From: Spirochaetia bacterium
GTDB lineage: Bacteria > Spirochaetota > Spirochaetia > WTKD01 > G963693115
Direction of reading: 5' to 3'
Length of the DNA: 64,000 nt
Assembly (NCBI GenBank): GCA_965226055.1
Contig: CBDDCA010000005.1
Coordinates: 224,001 to 288,000 of the forward strand
Shown: piece by piece, positions 28,641 through 37,797 of the stretch
Layout of the letters: every line of letters starts with the position of its first letter
Numbering within the stretch: position 1 is the stretch's first letter
Made by a program: the position numbers and the translations under genes
The notes under the pieces: model-generated
Database searches by the model: none
Told to the model about the DNA's origin: nothing
What the model saw: the letters and a program-made list of their open reading frames with translations, nothing else

Positions 28641-29510
28641 ATGCAAAAATTATTAAAGCGGGAATGGACCTTGTCCCTTCCTGCTATTGTAGTAGTTGCT
28701 TTCGTTACTCAAGGTCTTTTTTTAGGCACAATTATTTTAAGTACGCTAAAGTGGAATATCATACGTCCTGATCTTGGTATTTCGTTTGTAGGTATTGCTA
28801 ACTTTATAAAGCTGTTTACTTCTTTCGAGTCATATAAAATAATCTTTACTACTGTACTCATAGCCTTTGTATCACTTTTTTTATCATTTTCTTTTGGGTT
28901 TGGTATTGCATTGTTGCTTCACAAAGATTTTTTTGGAGTACAGTTGCTTCGCGGACTTATACTGATACCTTTTTTTACCACCGATGTTGTATGTGGAATA
29001 ATATTTAAGACATTGATACTTCATCCTTCTTTTGGTATTGCAGGACACATAGCAACACTGTTTAATAGTACTCCCATAGATTTCTTTGGCAACTATGCAT
29101 TGCTCACTGTTATATTTCTTATAGTATGGCAATGGACTCCTTTTTTCATATTGATATTACTCGCAGGACTACAAAGTATGGATACACAACAACTAGAAAG
29201 TGCTCATATTGATGGAGCAAACAAAATAATGAGATTGTTCTTTATTATCATACCAAATATTCTGCATCATATTCAGGTAGCAATATTACTCGGCTTAATA
29301 TTTATCCTAAAAGTATTTGGGCTTATCTATGTAACTACTTCTGGTGGACCAGGTATTGCAACTACCACTCTTCCCTATATTGTGTACAAAACAAACCATT
29401 TTAAGCTCGAAGTAGGAGAAGCAGCTTCACTGTCAGTGCTTACTGTAATACTCACAATAATCATATTATCGTTACTATTTAAGTATTTTCAAAGGAAATT
29501 GGAATCGTAG
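28641..29510 (+). CDS. Sugar ABC transporter permease
   Basis: WQWTPF, ESAHIDGA (EAA motif), six TM segments. Confidence 0.9.
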   Translation: MQKLLKREWTLSLPAIVVVAFVTQGLFLGTIILSTLKWNIIRPDLGISFVGIANFIKLFTSFESYKIIFTTVLIAFVSLFLSFSFGFGIALLLHKDFFGVQLLRGLILIPFFTTDVVCGIIFKTLILHPSFGIAGHIATLFNSTPIDFFGNYALLTVIFLIVWQWTPFFILILLAGLQSMDTQQLESAHIDGANKIMRLFFIIIPNILHHIQVAILLGLIFILKVFGLIYVTTSGGPGIATTTLPYIVYKTNHFKLEVGEAASLSVLTVILTIIILSLLFKYFQRKLES

Positions 29511-29513
29511 TAT

Positions 29514-30341
29514 ATGAACATTACCATTAAAAAATTATTTTCAAAATACCTCAGTATATTCTGCATAACAGGTATAGTAATACTATGGATTTTCCCTGTT
29601 ATATATATTTACCTCACGAGCTTTAAGACAGAAGAAACAGTAGTTCCTCCTAATATCTTTATTACAAATTTTACATTGGAAAATTATAAAGATGTACTCA
29701 CTCCAGAAATATTACCATTTATAAAAAATTCTTTTATGGTGGCATTGGGGTCAGTACTTTTCTCTCTGCTGTTAGGTGTCCCTGTAGCATATAGACTTGT
29801 ATTTGGCACTATGAAAAATCCTCATTCTTTGTATTTCTGGTTTCTTAGTACTTTTATATTACCTCCAGTTGCAGTGCTCATTCCTGCTTTACTTATATTG
29901 AAAACATTTGGATTATTGGACTCCATCCCAGGACTGATTATTATCTATACAGGAACGCATGTTCCAATTATTATATGGCTTACAACAGCATTTTTTAAGG
30001 ATGTACCAAAAGCATTAATTGAAGCAGCATACATAGACGGCTCAAACATTTTTTATTCTTTTTTCAAAATAATACTTCCTCTGTCTAAAATGGGTATTAT
30101 TTCTGCAGGATTATTAGTATTCGTATTTGTATGGAATGAGTTTTTCTTCGCTATAAATCTTACTGTTTCAAAAGCAAATACCCTACCCGTTTATATGTCC
30201 ACTTTCTTAACCCAAGAAGGGTTATTCTGGGCAAAGCTGTCGGCTATTGCTTCAGTAGTTATTCTTCCTACTATCATATTAGGAATGTTTTCACAAAAAG
30301 CATTAGTAAAAGGACTTACTTCTGGTGCAGTAAAAGGATAA
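29514..30341 (+). CDS. Sugar ABC transporter permease
   Basis: EAAYIDG, WNEFFFA, GLTSGAVKG. Confidence 0.9.
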   Translation: MNITIKKLFSKYLSIFCITGIVILWIFPVIYIYLTSFKTEETVVPPNIFITNFTLENYKDVLTPEILPFIKNSFMVALGSVLFSLLLGVPVAYRLVFGTMKNPHSLYFWFLSTFILPPVAVLIPALLILKTFGLLDSIPGLIIIYTGTHVPIIIWLTTAFFKDVPKALIEAAYIDGSNIFYSFFKIILPLSKMGIISAGLLVFVFVWNEFFFAINLTVSKANTLPVYMSTFLTQEGLFWAKLSAIASVVILPTIILGMFSQKALVKGLTSGAVKG

Positions 30342-30391
30342 ATAATAGAAAGTATATACATATAAATTATACTAAAAAATAAGGAGGTAGT

Positions 30392-31159
30392 ATGGATAGA
30401 GAAAATCATACATTTTCATTAAAAGGAAAAAATGCATATATAACTGGAGCTGCACAAGGTATAGGGGCAGTGATTGCCCACGCTTTTGCTGCAGCAGGAG
30501 CTAATGTCGCTATTGTTGATATACAGAAAAAAGCAGAAGAGACAGCACATGAAATTAGAAAAAAATATAATGTGCAATCATTTGCTTGTATTACTGACAT
30601 TACTCATCCAGACGATATTGCGGTTCTAAAAAATCAGCTTAGCAAAGAATTTGGTACTATTGATATTGCTTTTAATAATGCTGGTATTGTAGACAATGCT
30701 CCTGCTGAAACTATGTCCTATAGTGCATGGTCAAAAGTTATAACAACAAACCTAAGTGGTATATTCTTAACCAGTCAAATGGCAGGACAGTTAATGATAC
30801 CACAAAAAAAAGGAAGTATTATCAATACTGCTTCTATGTCTGCCCATATTGTAAATATTCCTCAAAAACAATGTGCATACAATGCATCAAAAGCAGGAGT
30901 TATTCAGCTTACAAAATCGCTTGCTGTAGAATGGGCTACTCATAACATCAGAGTTAACTCTATAAGTCCTGGTTATATTGTAACAGATCTTACACAAGCA
31001 CTTCCACAAGAATGGATGAGCGCATGGAAACAACAAGCTGTGTCCCGATTAGGAGTTCCAGAAGATCTTTCGGGAATAGTACTGTACCTTGCAAGTGATG
31101 CAGCCTCTTTTACTACTGGTTCTGATTTTATTATAGACGGTGGCTTTACTTGTGTATAA
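30392..31159 (+). CDS. Short-chain dehydrogenase (polyol 2-dehydrogenase/ketose reductase-like)
   Basis: TGAAQGIG, NNAG, PQKQCAYNASK, VNSISPG. Confidence 0.88.
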   Translation: MDRENHTFSLKGKNAYITGAAQGIGAVIAHAFAAAGANVAIVDIQKKAEETAHEIRKKYNVQSFACITDITHPDDIAVLKNQLSKEFGTIDIAFNNAGIVDNAPAETMSYSAWSKVITTNLSGIFLTSQMAGQLMIPQKKGSIINTASMSAHIVNIPQKQCAYNASKAGVIQLTKSLAVEWATHNIRVNSISPGYIVTDLTQALPQEWMSAWKQQAVSRLGVPEDLSGIVLYLASDAASFTTGSDFIIDGGFTCV

Positions 31160-31205
31160 ATAACATACGAGAGTATGTATACATATCAAAAAAAGGAGTG
31201 TAATA

Positions 31206-32249
31206 ATGAAACAAGCAATAACAACAGCAGTAGAAACTGCAGAATTAAGAGAACATGATGTTCCTGTCATTTCTGAACGAGAAGTTCTTATAAAAATGAA
31301 ATATGTAGGTATTTGTGGATCAGATATACATATTTTTCATGGAAAGCATCCATTTGTGCCACCTACTCTCTTTCCTTTAGTGCAGGGACATGAGGGTACT
31401 GCTACTGTTGTAGAGGTAGGTGCTAAGGTAAGCAATTTCTCAGTGGGAGATTCTGTCGTTATCATGCCACAGCTAACATGTGGTAACTGTGAACAGTGCA
31501 AACAAGGGCGCTATAACATATGCAAAAAATTAAAAGTAATAGGATGCCAATGCGATGGATTACTCAGTGAATATTATAAGATAGCTCCTGAACATATACT
31601 TACCGTTGATGCTGCTATTAGTGACACACAGGCGGCTATGGTAGAACCGCTTGCAGTAGCAGTGCGTGCAGTACGAAGAGCAAAAGATGTTATAGGAAAA
31701 AAAGTATTAGTGTTAGGTGCAGGAACAATAGGCAACCTTGTTGCTCAAGTAGCAAAAGCCTATGGGGCACATCAAGTAATGATAAGCGATCTGTATAAAC
31801 CACGACTAGATATTGCAGTACGTGATTGTACTGTAGATTTCGCAGTACAAGCAACAGAACATTCTTTACAAGATGCACTCCATACTCATTTCGGCTCTGA
31901 TGGAGCTGATATTATTTTTGAGTGTGTTGGTATTGAAGATACTATAGAAACTGCACTCCTTCATTGTGAGAAAGGAAAAGAAGTAATAGTCGTAGGAGTA
32001 TTTGGAGAGAAAACAAATGTATCTATGGCTTTAGTACAAGACAAGGAAATAGATATAAAAGGAGTGCTTATGTATAAAAGAGAAGATTATATATCAGCAC
32101 TTGATTTAATAGCACAAAAACGGGTTAATCTTGACGCCTTATTATTTAAGATTATTCCTTTTAAGGAATATCCAGATGTATATACACTTATCAATAATAA
32201 TAAAGAAAAAGCCCTTAAAGTTCTTATAAAAATGGAGGATGTAATATGA
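31206..32249 (+). CDS. Zn-dependent polyol dehydrogenase (MDR family)
   Basis: CGSD, GHE, CxxCxxC...C structural Zn site, GAGTIG. Confidence 0.88.
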   Translation: MKQAITTAVETAELREHDVPVISEREVLIKMKYVGICGSDIHIFHGKHPFVPPTLFPLVQGHEGTATVVEVGAKVSNFSVGDSVVIMPQLTCGNCEQCKQGRYNICKKLKVIGCQCDGLLSEYYKIAPEHILTVDAAISDTQAAMVEPLAVAVRAVRRAKDVIGKKVLVLGAGTIGNLVAQVAKAYGAHQVMISDLYKPRLDIAVRDCTVDFAVQATEHSLQDALHTHFGSDGADIIFECVGIEDTIETALLHCEKGKEVIVVGVFGEKTNVSMALVQDKEIDIKGVLMYKREDYISALDLIAQKRVNLDALLFKIIPFKEYPDVYTLINNNKEKALKVLIKMEDVI

Positions 32250-33238
32250 AATGTGTGAGTGTAGAATCAAAAGGAAAGGTACTTATAAAAAACATAGATA
32301 TACCAACTCCAAAAGCAGATGAAGTACTTATACAAGTAAAAGCAAGTGGTATTTGTGGGACAGATATTCATATTATGGATGGTGATTATGTTGCGAACTA
32401 CCCACTTATCATAGGTCATGAATTTTCAGGAAAAGTAGTAGAAATAGGATCGCAGTGTCAAAGGATTGCCGTTGGAGAACGAGTAGCAGTTGAGCCTAAT
32501 ATTCCGTGTAATAACTGTGAATTTTGTCTCAATGATAAACATCATTTTTGTAGCAACATGGTCATCCCTGGAGCACTTATTCCCGGAGGTATGGCAGAAT
32601 ATGTCTGTGTACCCGAAATAGGAGTATTTCCTATTAACTCTATTCCTTATGACGCAGCTGCTTTTATGGAACCGCTTTCCTGTGTCATTCATGGGGCAAG
32701 CAGGCTTGCCATAAAGTCAGGAAGCCGTCTTCTTGTTATGGGAGCTGGCCCTAATGGCGTACTGCAAGGAAAAATAGCTTCATTACAAGGCATTACAGAA
32801 ATAGATTATTTAGAAAAAAATCCTTTTCGTGCAAATGAAGTAAAAAAATATAATTGGGGAACTATTTTTTCTACTATAGAAGAAGTACCAAAACGTCACT
32901 ACGATGCTGTAATAGAAGCAACAGGAGTAAATGCACTCGCTAGCTTTGCTTCTCAAGTAGTAAAACCTACAGGAAAAATACTTTTATTTGGAGTGCCATC
33001 TATGGGATCAAAAATAGAACTTGATGCATTTTCTCTATTCAAAAACGAACTGTCCTATATAGGAACATACACTTCAAAAAAAGATAGTTTACAAGCTCTG
33101 TCATTACTAGAAAAAAGCACACTCAATGTAGAAGAACTTATATCGCATCGTATTACCCTTGAACAAGTTCCTGAGTTCCTTCTTAAGCTAAAATCTCTTG
33201 AAGAAAATATCAAAAAAGTAATGGTTATAAACGATTAA
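32246..33238 (+). CDS. Zn-dependent polyol dehydrogenase (MDR family)
   Basis: CGTD, GHE, CNNCEFC...C, GAGPNG. Confidence 0.88.
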   Translation: MKCVSVESKGKVLIKNIDIPTPKADEVLIQVKASGICGTDIHIMDGDYVANYPLIIGHEFSGKVVEIGSQCQRIAVGERVAVEPNIPCNNCEFCLNDKHHFCSNMVIPGALIPGGMAEYVCVPEIGVFPINSIPYDAAAFMEPLSCVIHGASRLAIKSGSRLLVMGAGPNGVLQGKIASLQGITEIDYLEKNPFRANEVKKYNWGTIFSTIEEVPKRHYDAVIEATGVNALASFASQVVKPTGKILLFGVPSMGSKIELDAFSLFKNELSYIGTYTSKKDSLQALSLLEKSTLNVEELISHRITLEQVPEFLLKLKSLEENIKKVMVIND

Positions 33239-33240
33239 AT

Positions 33241-34209
33241 ATGAAACAGTATATTGCAACCTTTGGTGAAATAGTAGTTGAAATTATGGCAACAAAAATA
33301 AACCAGAGTTTTCTTTCAGCGGGAACATTTACAGGCCCTTTTCCTAGCGGCGCACCAGCTATTTTTATCAACCAAGTAGCTCTTTTACAAGAGCCTACTC
33401 GTATGTATTCTTGTATTGGCGATGATAATTTTGGAACATGTGCTATCAATAGATTAGCTCAAAGTGGTGTCGATATATCCTGTATTAGTACTACGCAAGA
33501 ACGAGCAACAGGGGTAGCTTTTATACGATACAATACAGATGGAACACGAAATTTTATCTATCATATTGATACTGCTGCCTGTGGATTGCTCCATAAAGAT
33601 GCTGTACCTACAACATTTCTTGATAATGTTTCTTATCTGCATATTATGGGATCATCGTTATATAATCAAGCACTTATGGAGCTTGCGCTACAGTGTGTTG
33701 ATACCATAAAACAGGCAGGAGGAAAAATTTCTTTTGATGCAAATATTCGACCAGAGATTATTCGTGCCGACAAGAAAAAATTAGCATGTTTACGATATAT
33801 AGCAAGCAAAAGTGATGTGTATTTTGCAGGAGAAGATGAAAATCAATGGCTATTAGAAGATACACACACTATTCATGCACAATCTCATGAAGATTCCATT
33901 GTGCAGTTTCTCTATTCTTGTGGCGTTTCAACAATTATTATAAAAAGGGCAGAAAAAGGAGCTACTGTCTATTTTAATCATAATGAAAGAGTAGATAAAA
34001 AAGCTATGCCTATAACAAGTATTGACCCTACAGGAGCAGGCGATTGTTTTGCTGGTGCATTTATCGCTGCAATCAATAAAGGGATGACTATACAGGAGGC
34101 TCTTGACTATGCAATTATAGCAGGAGCTATGGCAGTGTCAAAACAAGGACCGATGGAAGGAGCTGTACATATTGATACCATAAAAAAATACTTGAAAAAA
34201 TTACAGTAA
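33241..34209 (+). CDS. PfkB-family sugar kinase (tagatose/fructokinase-like)
   Basis: GPFPSGAPAIF, DANIRPE, DPTGAGDCFAG. Confidence 0.88.
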   Translation: MKQYIATFGEIVVEIMATKINQSFLSAGTFTGPFPSGAPAIFINQVALLQEPTRMYSCIGDDNFGTCAINRLAQSGVDISCISTTQERATGVAFIRYNTDGTRNFIYHIDTAACGLLHKDAVPTTFLDNVSYLHIMGSSLYNQALMELALQCVDTIKQAGGKISFDANIRPEIIRADKKKLACLRYIASKSDVYFAGEDENQWLLEDTHTIHAQSHEDSIVQFLYSCGVSTIIIKRAEKGATVYFNHNERVDKKAMPITSIDPTGAGDCFAGAFIAAINKGMTIQEALDYAIIAGAMAVSKQGPMEGAVHIDTIKKYLKKLQ

Positions 34210-34342
34210 TTGGTATAAACTTTATCGCTAGCACTCTTTGGTAACGAATATCAGTTTTATCAAAACAAAATTCAAAGCTCTCATTTGCGTATGACTTAAA
34301 TGCTTTTTCAATACACTCTTTACCATAGTATTCTAGAGCCAT
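34127..34342 (-). pseudogene. Short ORF with a strong RBS, probably truncated, overlapping the kinase 3' end
   Basis: AAGGAG-aagct-ATG just downstream of the 213-aa gene. The last ~27 codons run antisense to the kinase. Confidence 0.35.
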
Positions 34343-34360
34343 AGCTTCTCCTTCTACATA

Positions 34361-35002
34361 TTAGTGCTTTGCTATTTTAGCAAATCCTGCTCCTTTTGTG
34401 AAAGTAAAAGATTCTAATAAATCACTACTAGTATAATCCATACCAATTTCATTATTCAGAGAAAATAATTTGGGAGTAACTGCATATGCATTATTGCTTT
34501 TCTCTTCTTTTAAGGCTGTTATTGTTTCCTGTAGCCTCTTATTTTCTGCTTCAAGAGATTTTAATTTTTCTTGTATTCTTATTGTTCCTTTTAATTTATG
34601 AACAGCAGTCACTTGTTCAAGCAAAGCATATAATTGACGATACGGCTCTAATGAATGAGTACTTATTTCAACTATCATAGAAAGTTCATGAAAAGAATAT
34701 GACGATAAAAAATCATCAAGTAACACATGCAAATCCTTCTCTATATCTTCTTTTTTTTCAGATACACATGATACCCCTAAAGGTAACACCAATGTATAAA
34801 AATTTTCTGTATCATATTTCATGGCATAGCTTAAACAAGGAAAAGAAAATAAAAATTTCTTTTCTTCCCCTTCTATTTTCTTATCACAAAAAGAAGAACC
34901 AAAACCAATAATTTGTCTTATATCAAGCTCTTTACAGAGCTGTTTAATCCTTTTGTCAAAATAATCAGGGTGATTTTCCTTCTTAATATTTCTAGTAGCC
35001 AT
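34361..35002 (-). CDS. Hypothetical protein with a possible HicB-like domain and a coiled coil
   Basis: FYTLVLPLGVSCVSEKKEDIEKDLHVLLDDFL resembles the HicB N-terminal pattern. Heptads IQEKLKSLEAENKRLQETITALKEE. Confidence 0.5.
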   Translation of the reverse strand: MATRNIKKENHPDYFDKRIKQLCKELDIRQIIGFGSSFCDKKIEGEEKKFLFSFPCLSYAMKYDTENFYTLVLPLGVSCVSEKKEDIEKDLHVLLDDFLSSYSFHELSMIVEISTHSLEPYRQLYALLEQVTAVHKLKGTIRIQEKLKSLEAENKRLQETITALKEEKSNNAYAVTPKLFSLNNEIGMDYTSSDLLESFTFTKGAGFAKIAKH

Positions 35003-35059
35003 ATTATTATGGTAATATATCCCAATAATAGTGTCAAATATATATGTTTACCACAATTA

Positions 35060-36595
35060 CTACTTTTCCTGCTCAATATACTGTGATATACTGGATATGT
35101 TTGCTACTAATTCCTCAGCACTTGAAAGATACGGAGAGATAGTGCATGCTAACTTTGCATGAAGTAATGTTGCTATTGCTACCTGTTTCTGTATGCTTTC
35201 TGCATCAAGTCCAGTACTATGAAGATCTGTGTTGCTCACACAATATGCTAGATAACTTGCTACTAGTCCTGCAAGCACATCTCCACTTCCTGCTTTTGCA
35301 AGTGCAGCATGACGTCCATCTACAATAAGCGGAACTGCATCTTTGTATACTATTGCGGTAACTGATTGCTTTGCTATCACTACTGCATTATAGCGCATAG
35401 ATACTGTATGTGCTGATTGCCATAGATTAGCATGCTGAACAAAATCTGCATCAAGCATGCGCATTTCTCCTATATGAGGAGTAAGCACTAGTTTTGGAAT
35501 CTGCTGTTCTTTCACAGCATGTCTATGTGTGTATTGTGTCAATCGTTCTAAATACGATAGACCATCAGCATCAATAACAGTCAGTGCATGTTTATGTACT
35601 ATATCATCAATAAAAGAAATATCTCTCGTTGTTCCCCAACCAGGACCAATAAGTGCCACATGAGGAGAGGGAATATTTCTTATCGATAGCCCCGTAATCA
35701 CAGAAGGACAATACACACTCAGTCCCTGTGCTATATGCTCATCAACTATAGCGTATACCATACCAGCAAAAGACTGTGAAGCACTCCGTGCTGCCAAATA
35801 AGCAGCCCCAGGCGTCTCTTTGCTCCCTGCTGCTAACAACACTACTCCCCGAGATCGTTTATATGTATCACAAGACATTGCTGGCACAAGCAGAGAAATA
35901 TCACTCTCTTCTACTATATAAGCACTTGCTTTTGATGCATCTAACACTTGTTGAGGAAACCCTGGATTTTCCACAATGATAGTACCACACTGTGTGCGAT
36001 TATGCGGATAATACATTGCCATCTTTGCAAGACCAAAGCTCACTGTAATATCGGCCTGTATGACAAATGAAGATATTAATGATTGCTGCTTTCCTTCCCA
36101 TTGTTCTAATATACCACTGGGAATATCCACAGCCAGCTTTTTTGCGTTACTTTTATTCACACAAGAAACTACATCTTGGTATTGTAAAGGACGATTTATC
36201 CCTACCCCTGCTATACCATCTACTATCCAATCATGAGCATCAAGAGATGCAATCTGTCGTAACATTAGTTCCAGAGAAAGTATAGGACAATTAAGCGATA
36301 CTAACATATCATGTTGTATGCATGCAAGCCGACTTTTTGGCTTGCTTACAAAACTTACACTTATATCATATCCCTTATTAAAAAGAGTACGTGCAAGCAC
36401 CTGTGCGTCTCCCCCATTATTTCCACTCCCACATAACACACATATTTTTCTTTTCTTATTATCTAGCTCTTTCTCTAAAAGCCTTACCAGTATATTTCCT
36501 GCCTGTTCCATAAGTACTATATCAGGTATGGCATATTTTTCTTGACTAATACTGTCGATATTTTGAGCACTATGATATGATATTAGCTTTTGCAT
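35060..36595 (-). CDS. nnr: Bifunctional NAD(P)HX epimerase/dehydratase
   Basis: LMEQAG, CGSGNNGGD, AVDIPSG, IGPGWG, VIDADG, TPHIGE, AGSGDVLAG. Confidence 0.92.
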   Translation of the reverse strand: MQKLISYHSAQNIDSISQEKYAIPDIVLMEQAGNILVRLLEKELDNKKRKICVLCGSGNNGGDAQVLARTLFNKGYDISVSFVSKPKSRLACIQHDMLVSLNCPILSLELMLRQIASLDAHDWIVDGIAGVGINRPLQYQDVVSCVNKSNAKKLAVDIPSGILEQWEGKQQSLISSFVIQADITVSFGLAKMAMYYPHNRTQCGTIIVENPGFPQQVLDASKASAYIVEESDISLLVPAMSCDTYKRSRGVVLLAAGSKETPGAAYLAARSASQSFAGMVYAIVDEHIAQGLSVYCPSVITGLSIRNIPSPHVALIGPGWGTTRDISFIDDIVHKHALTVIDADGLSYLERLTQYTHRHAVKEQQIPKLVLTPHIGEMRMLDADFVQHANLWQSAHTVSMRYNAVVIAKQSVTAIVYKDAVPLIVDGRHAALAKAGSGDVLAGLVASYLAYCVSNTDLHSTGLDAESIQKQVAIATLLHAKLACTISPYLSSAEELVANISSISQYIEQEK

Positions 36596-36604
36596 TCTAT
36601 TTCC

Positions 36605-37750
36605 TCACTGAGATATACTTGTTTTCCACCAGTACACACTTGCCTGATTTTCTTCCAGAAACAAGGCAGACAAAAAACCATCTTTTGATATATTATACTC
36701 TGCGAAAACAAATTCTATATCGGGTAAAACAGGAATAATTATATTTTCTATATTTCCTTTTTTGTCAAACACAAGTACATTTGGAGCATTGTTAGACAGA
36801 GTGGCATCTTCACCTACACCATAGCTAAAAAAAACAAGGCGTGATTTTTCATCCGCAAATTGTAACTCCAATGACTCTGTAGGAGAAAAAGAGAGTTTTA
36901 TATAATCAGTATACTCCCCTGTTTGTAAATCTAATGTATAAATAAGTGAATCGAAAAAATCTATACTTGTAGTCACTTCTGAATTACTCTCTTTTTCATA
37001 AGTATAATAATCAACTTGTACTAACAATGTGTCAACATTAAAAGAAGCCACTACTTTGTTGATAACGCCATATATATATTGATCTGAAGCATTGATTGCT
37101 AAAGGGTATTTTGGATACAAAGAAGAGGAAAAATATGTTCTATTTTCAAGCCTCCCATTATTATTGAATACATACATAACTTTCCCATTTTTTTCTGAAC
37201 TAAAAATGGCTATGGTATCTTCAATGAGTATATCAATGGCAAGTATAGAAAAAAAATCATAATTTTTCTGGCCTTCTCTCCCAATATGCAAAGTGTTTCC
37301 ATCGACAGAATATGCAAATAACTGAGAAAGTGCTTGTTCCGTGTCATTTATCGGAACATAAGAAGAAACATCATCGCTAGAGAGAGCATTTGCAAAAATA
37401 ATACGCTCATTACTATCAACTGCAAGTAAAGTAATGTTACCTATATCATTATTAAGTACGGTATTATCTATTGTATTCAACAATACTCCATTAGAAGAAA
37501 ATTTCATAATTCTATTTCCATTAGCAATAAAAAAAATGTTATTGTTCATAGTTATTGTACTAGGATTATATTGATAAAAATCTCTTCCCCAACTCTGAAA
37601 TTCTCCATCCAGTACTCCAATCGGCATAGAAAAAGCAAAATTTGCAGAATAAAATGTATTTTTTTGACAAGAAATAAATAGGATAATAACAATACAGATG
37701 CTACTCACTATACGAAATACATAAAAAAATCTCTTCATATACTTTTTCAT
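36605..37750 (-). CDS. Conserved spirochaete-type lipoprotein (beta-propeller-like) divergent from secA
   Basis: Lipobox FISC, IMKFSSNGVLL, IGREG, C-terminal VYWWKT. Confidence 0.65.
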   Translation of the reverse strand: MKKYMKRFFYVFRIVSSICIVIILFISCQKNTFYSANFAFSMPIGVLDGEFQSWGRDFYQYNPSTITMNNNIFFIANGNRIMKFSSNGVLLNTIDNTVLNNDIGNITLLAVDSNERIIFANALSSDDVSSYVPINDTEQALSQLFAYSVDGNTLHIGREGQKNYDFFSILAIDILIEDTIAIFSSEKNGKVMYVFNNNGRLENRTYFSSSLYPKYPLAINASDQYIYGVINKVVASFNVDTLLVQVDYYTYEKESNSEVTTSIDFFDSLIYTLDLQTGEYTDYIKLSFSPTESLELQFADEKSRLVFFSYGVGEDATLSNNAPNVLVFDKKGNIENIIIPVLPDIEFVFAEYNISKDGFLSALFLEENQASVYWWKTSISQ

Positions 37751-37797
37751 AATACCATATTTTGTAATAAATATACTATTAGAGTATAATAGTAGTA

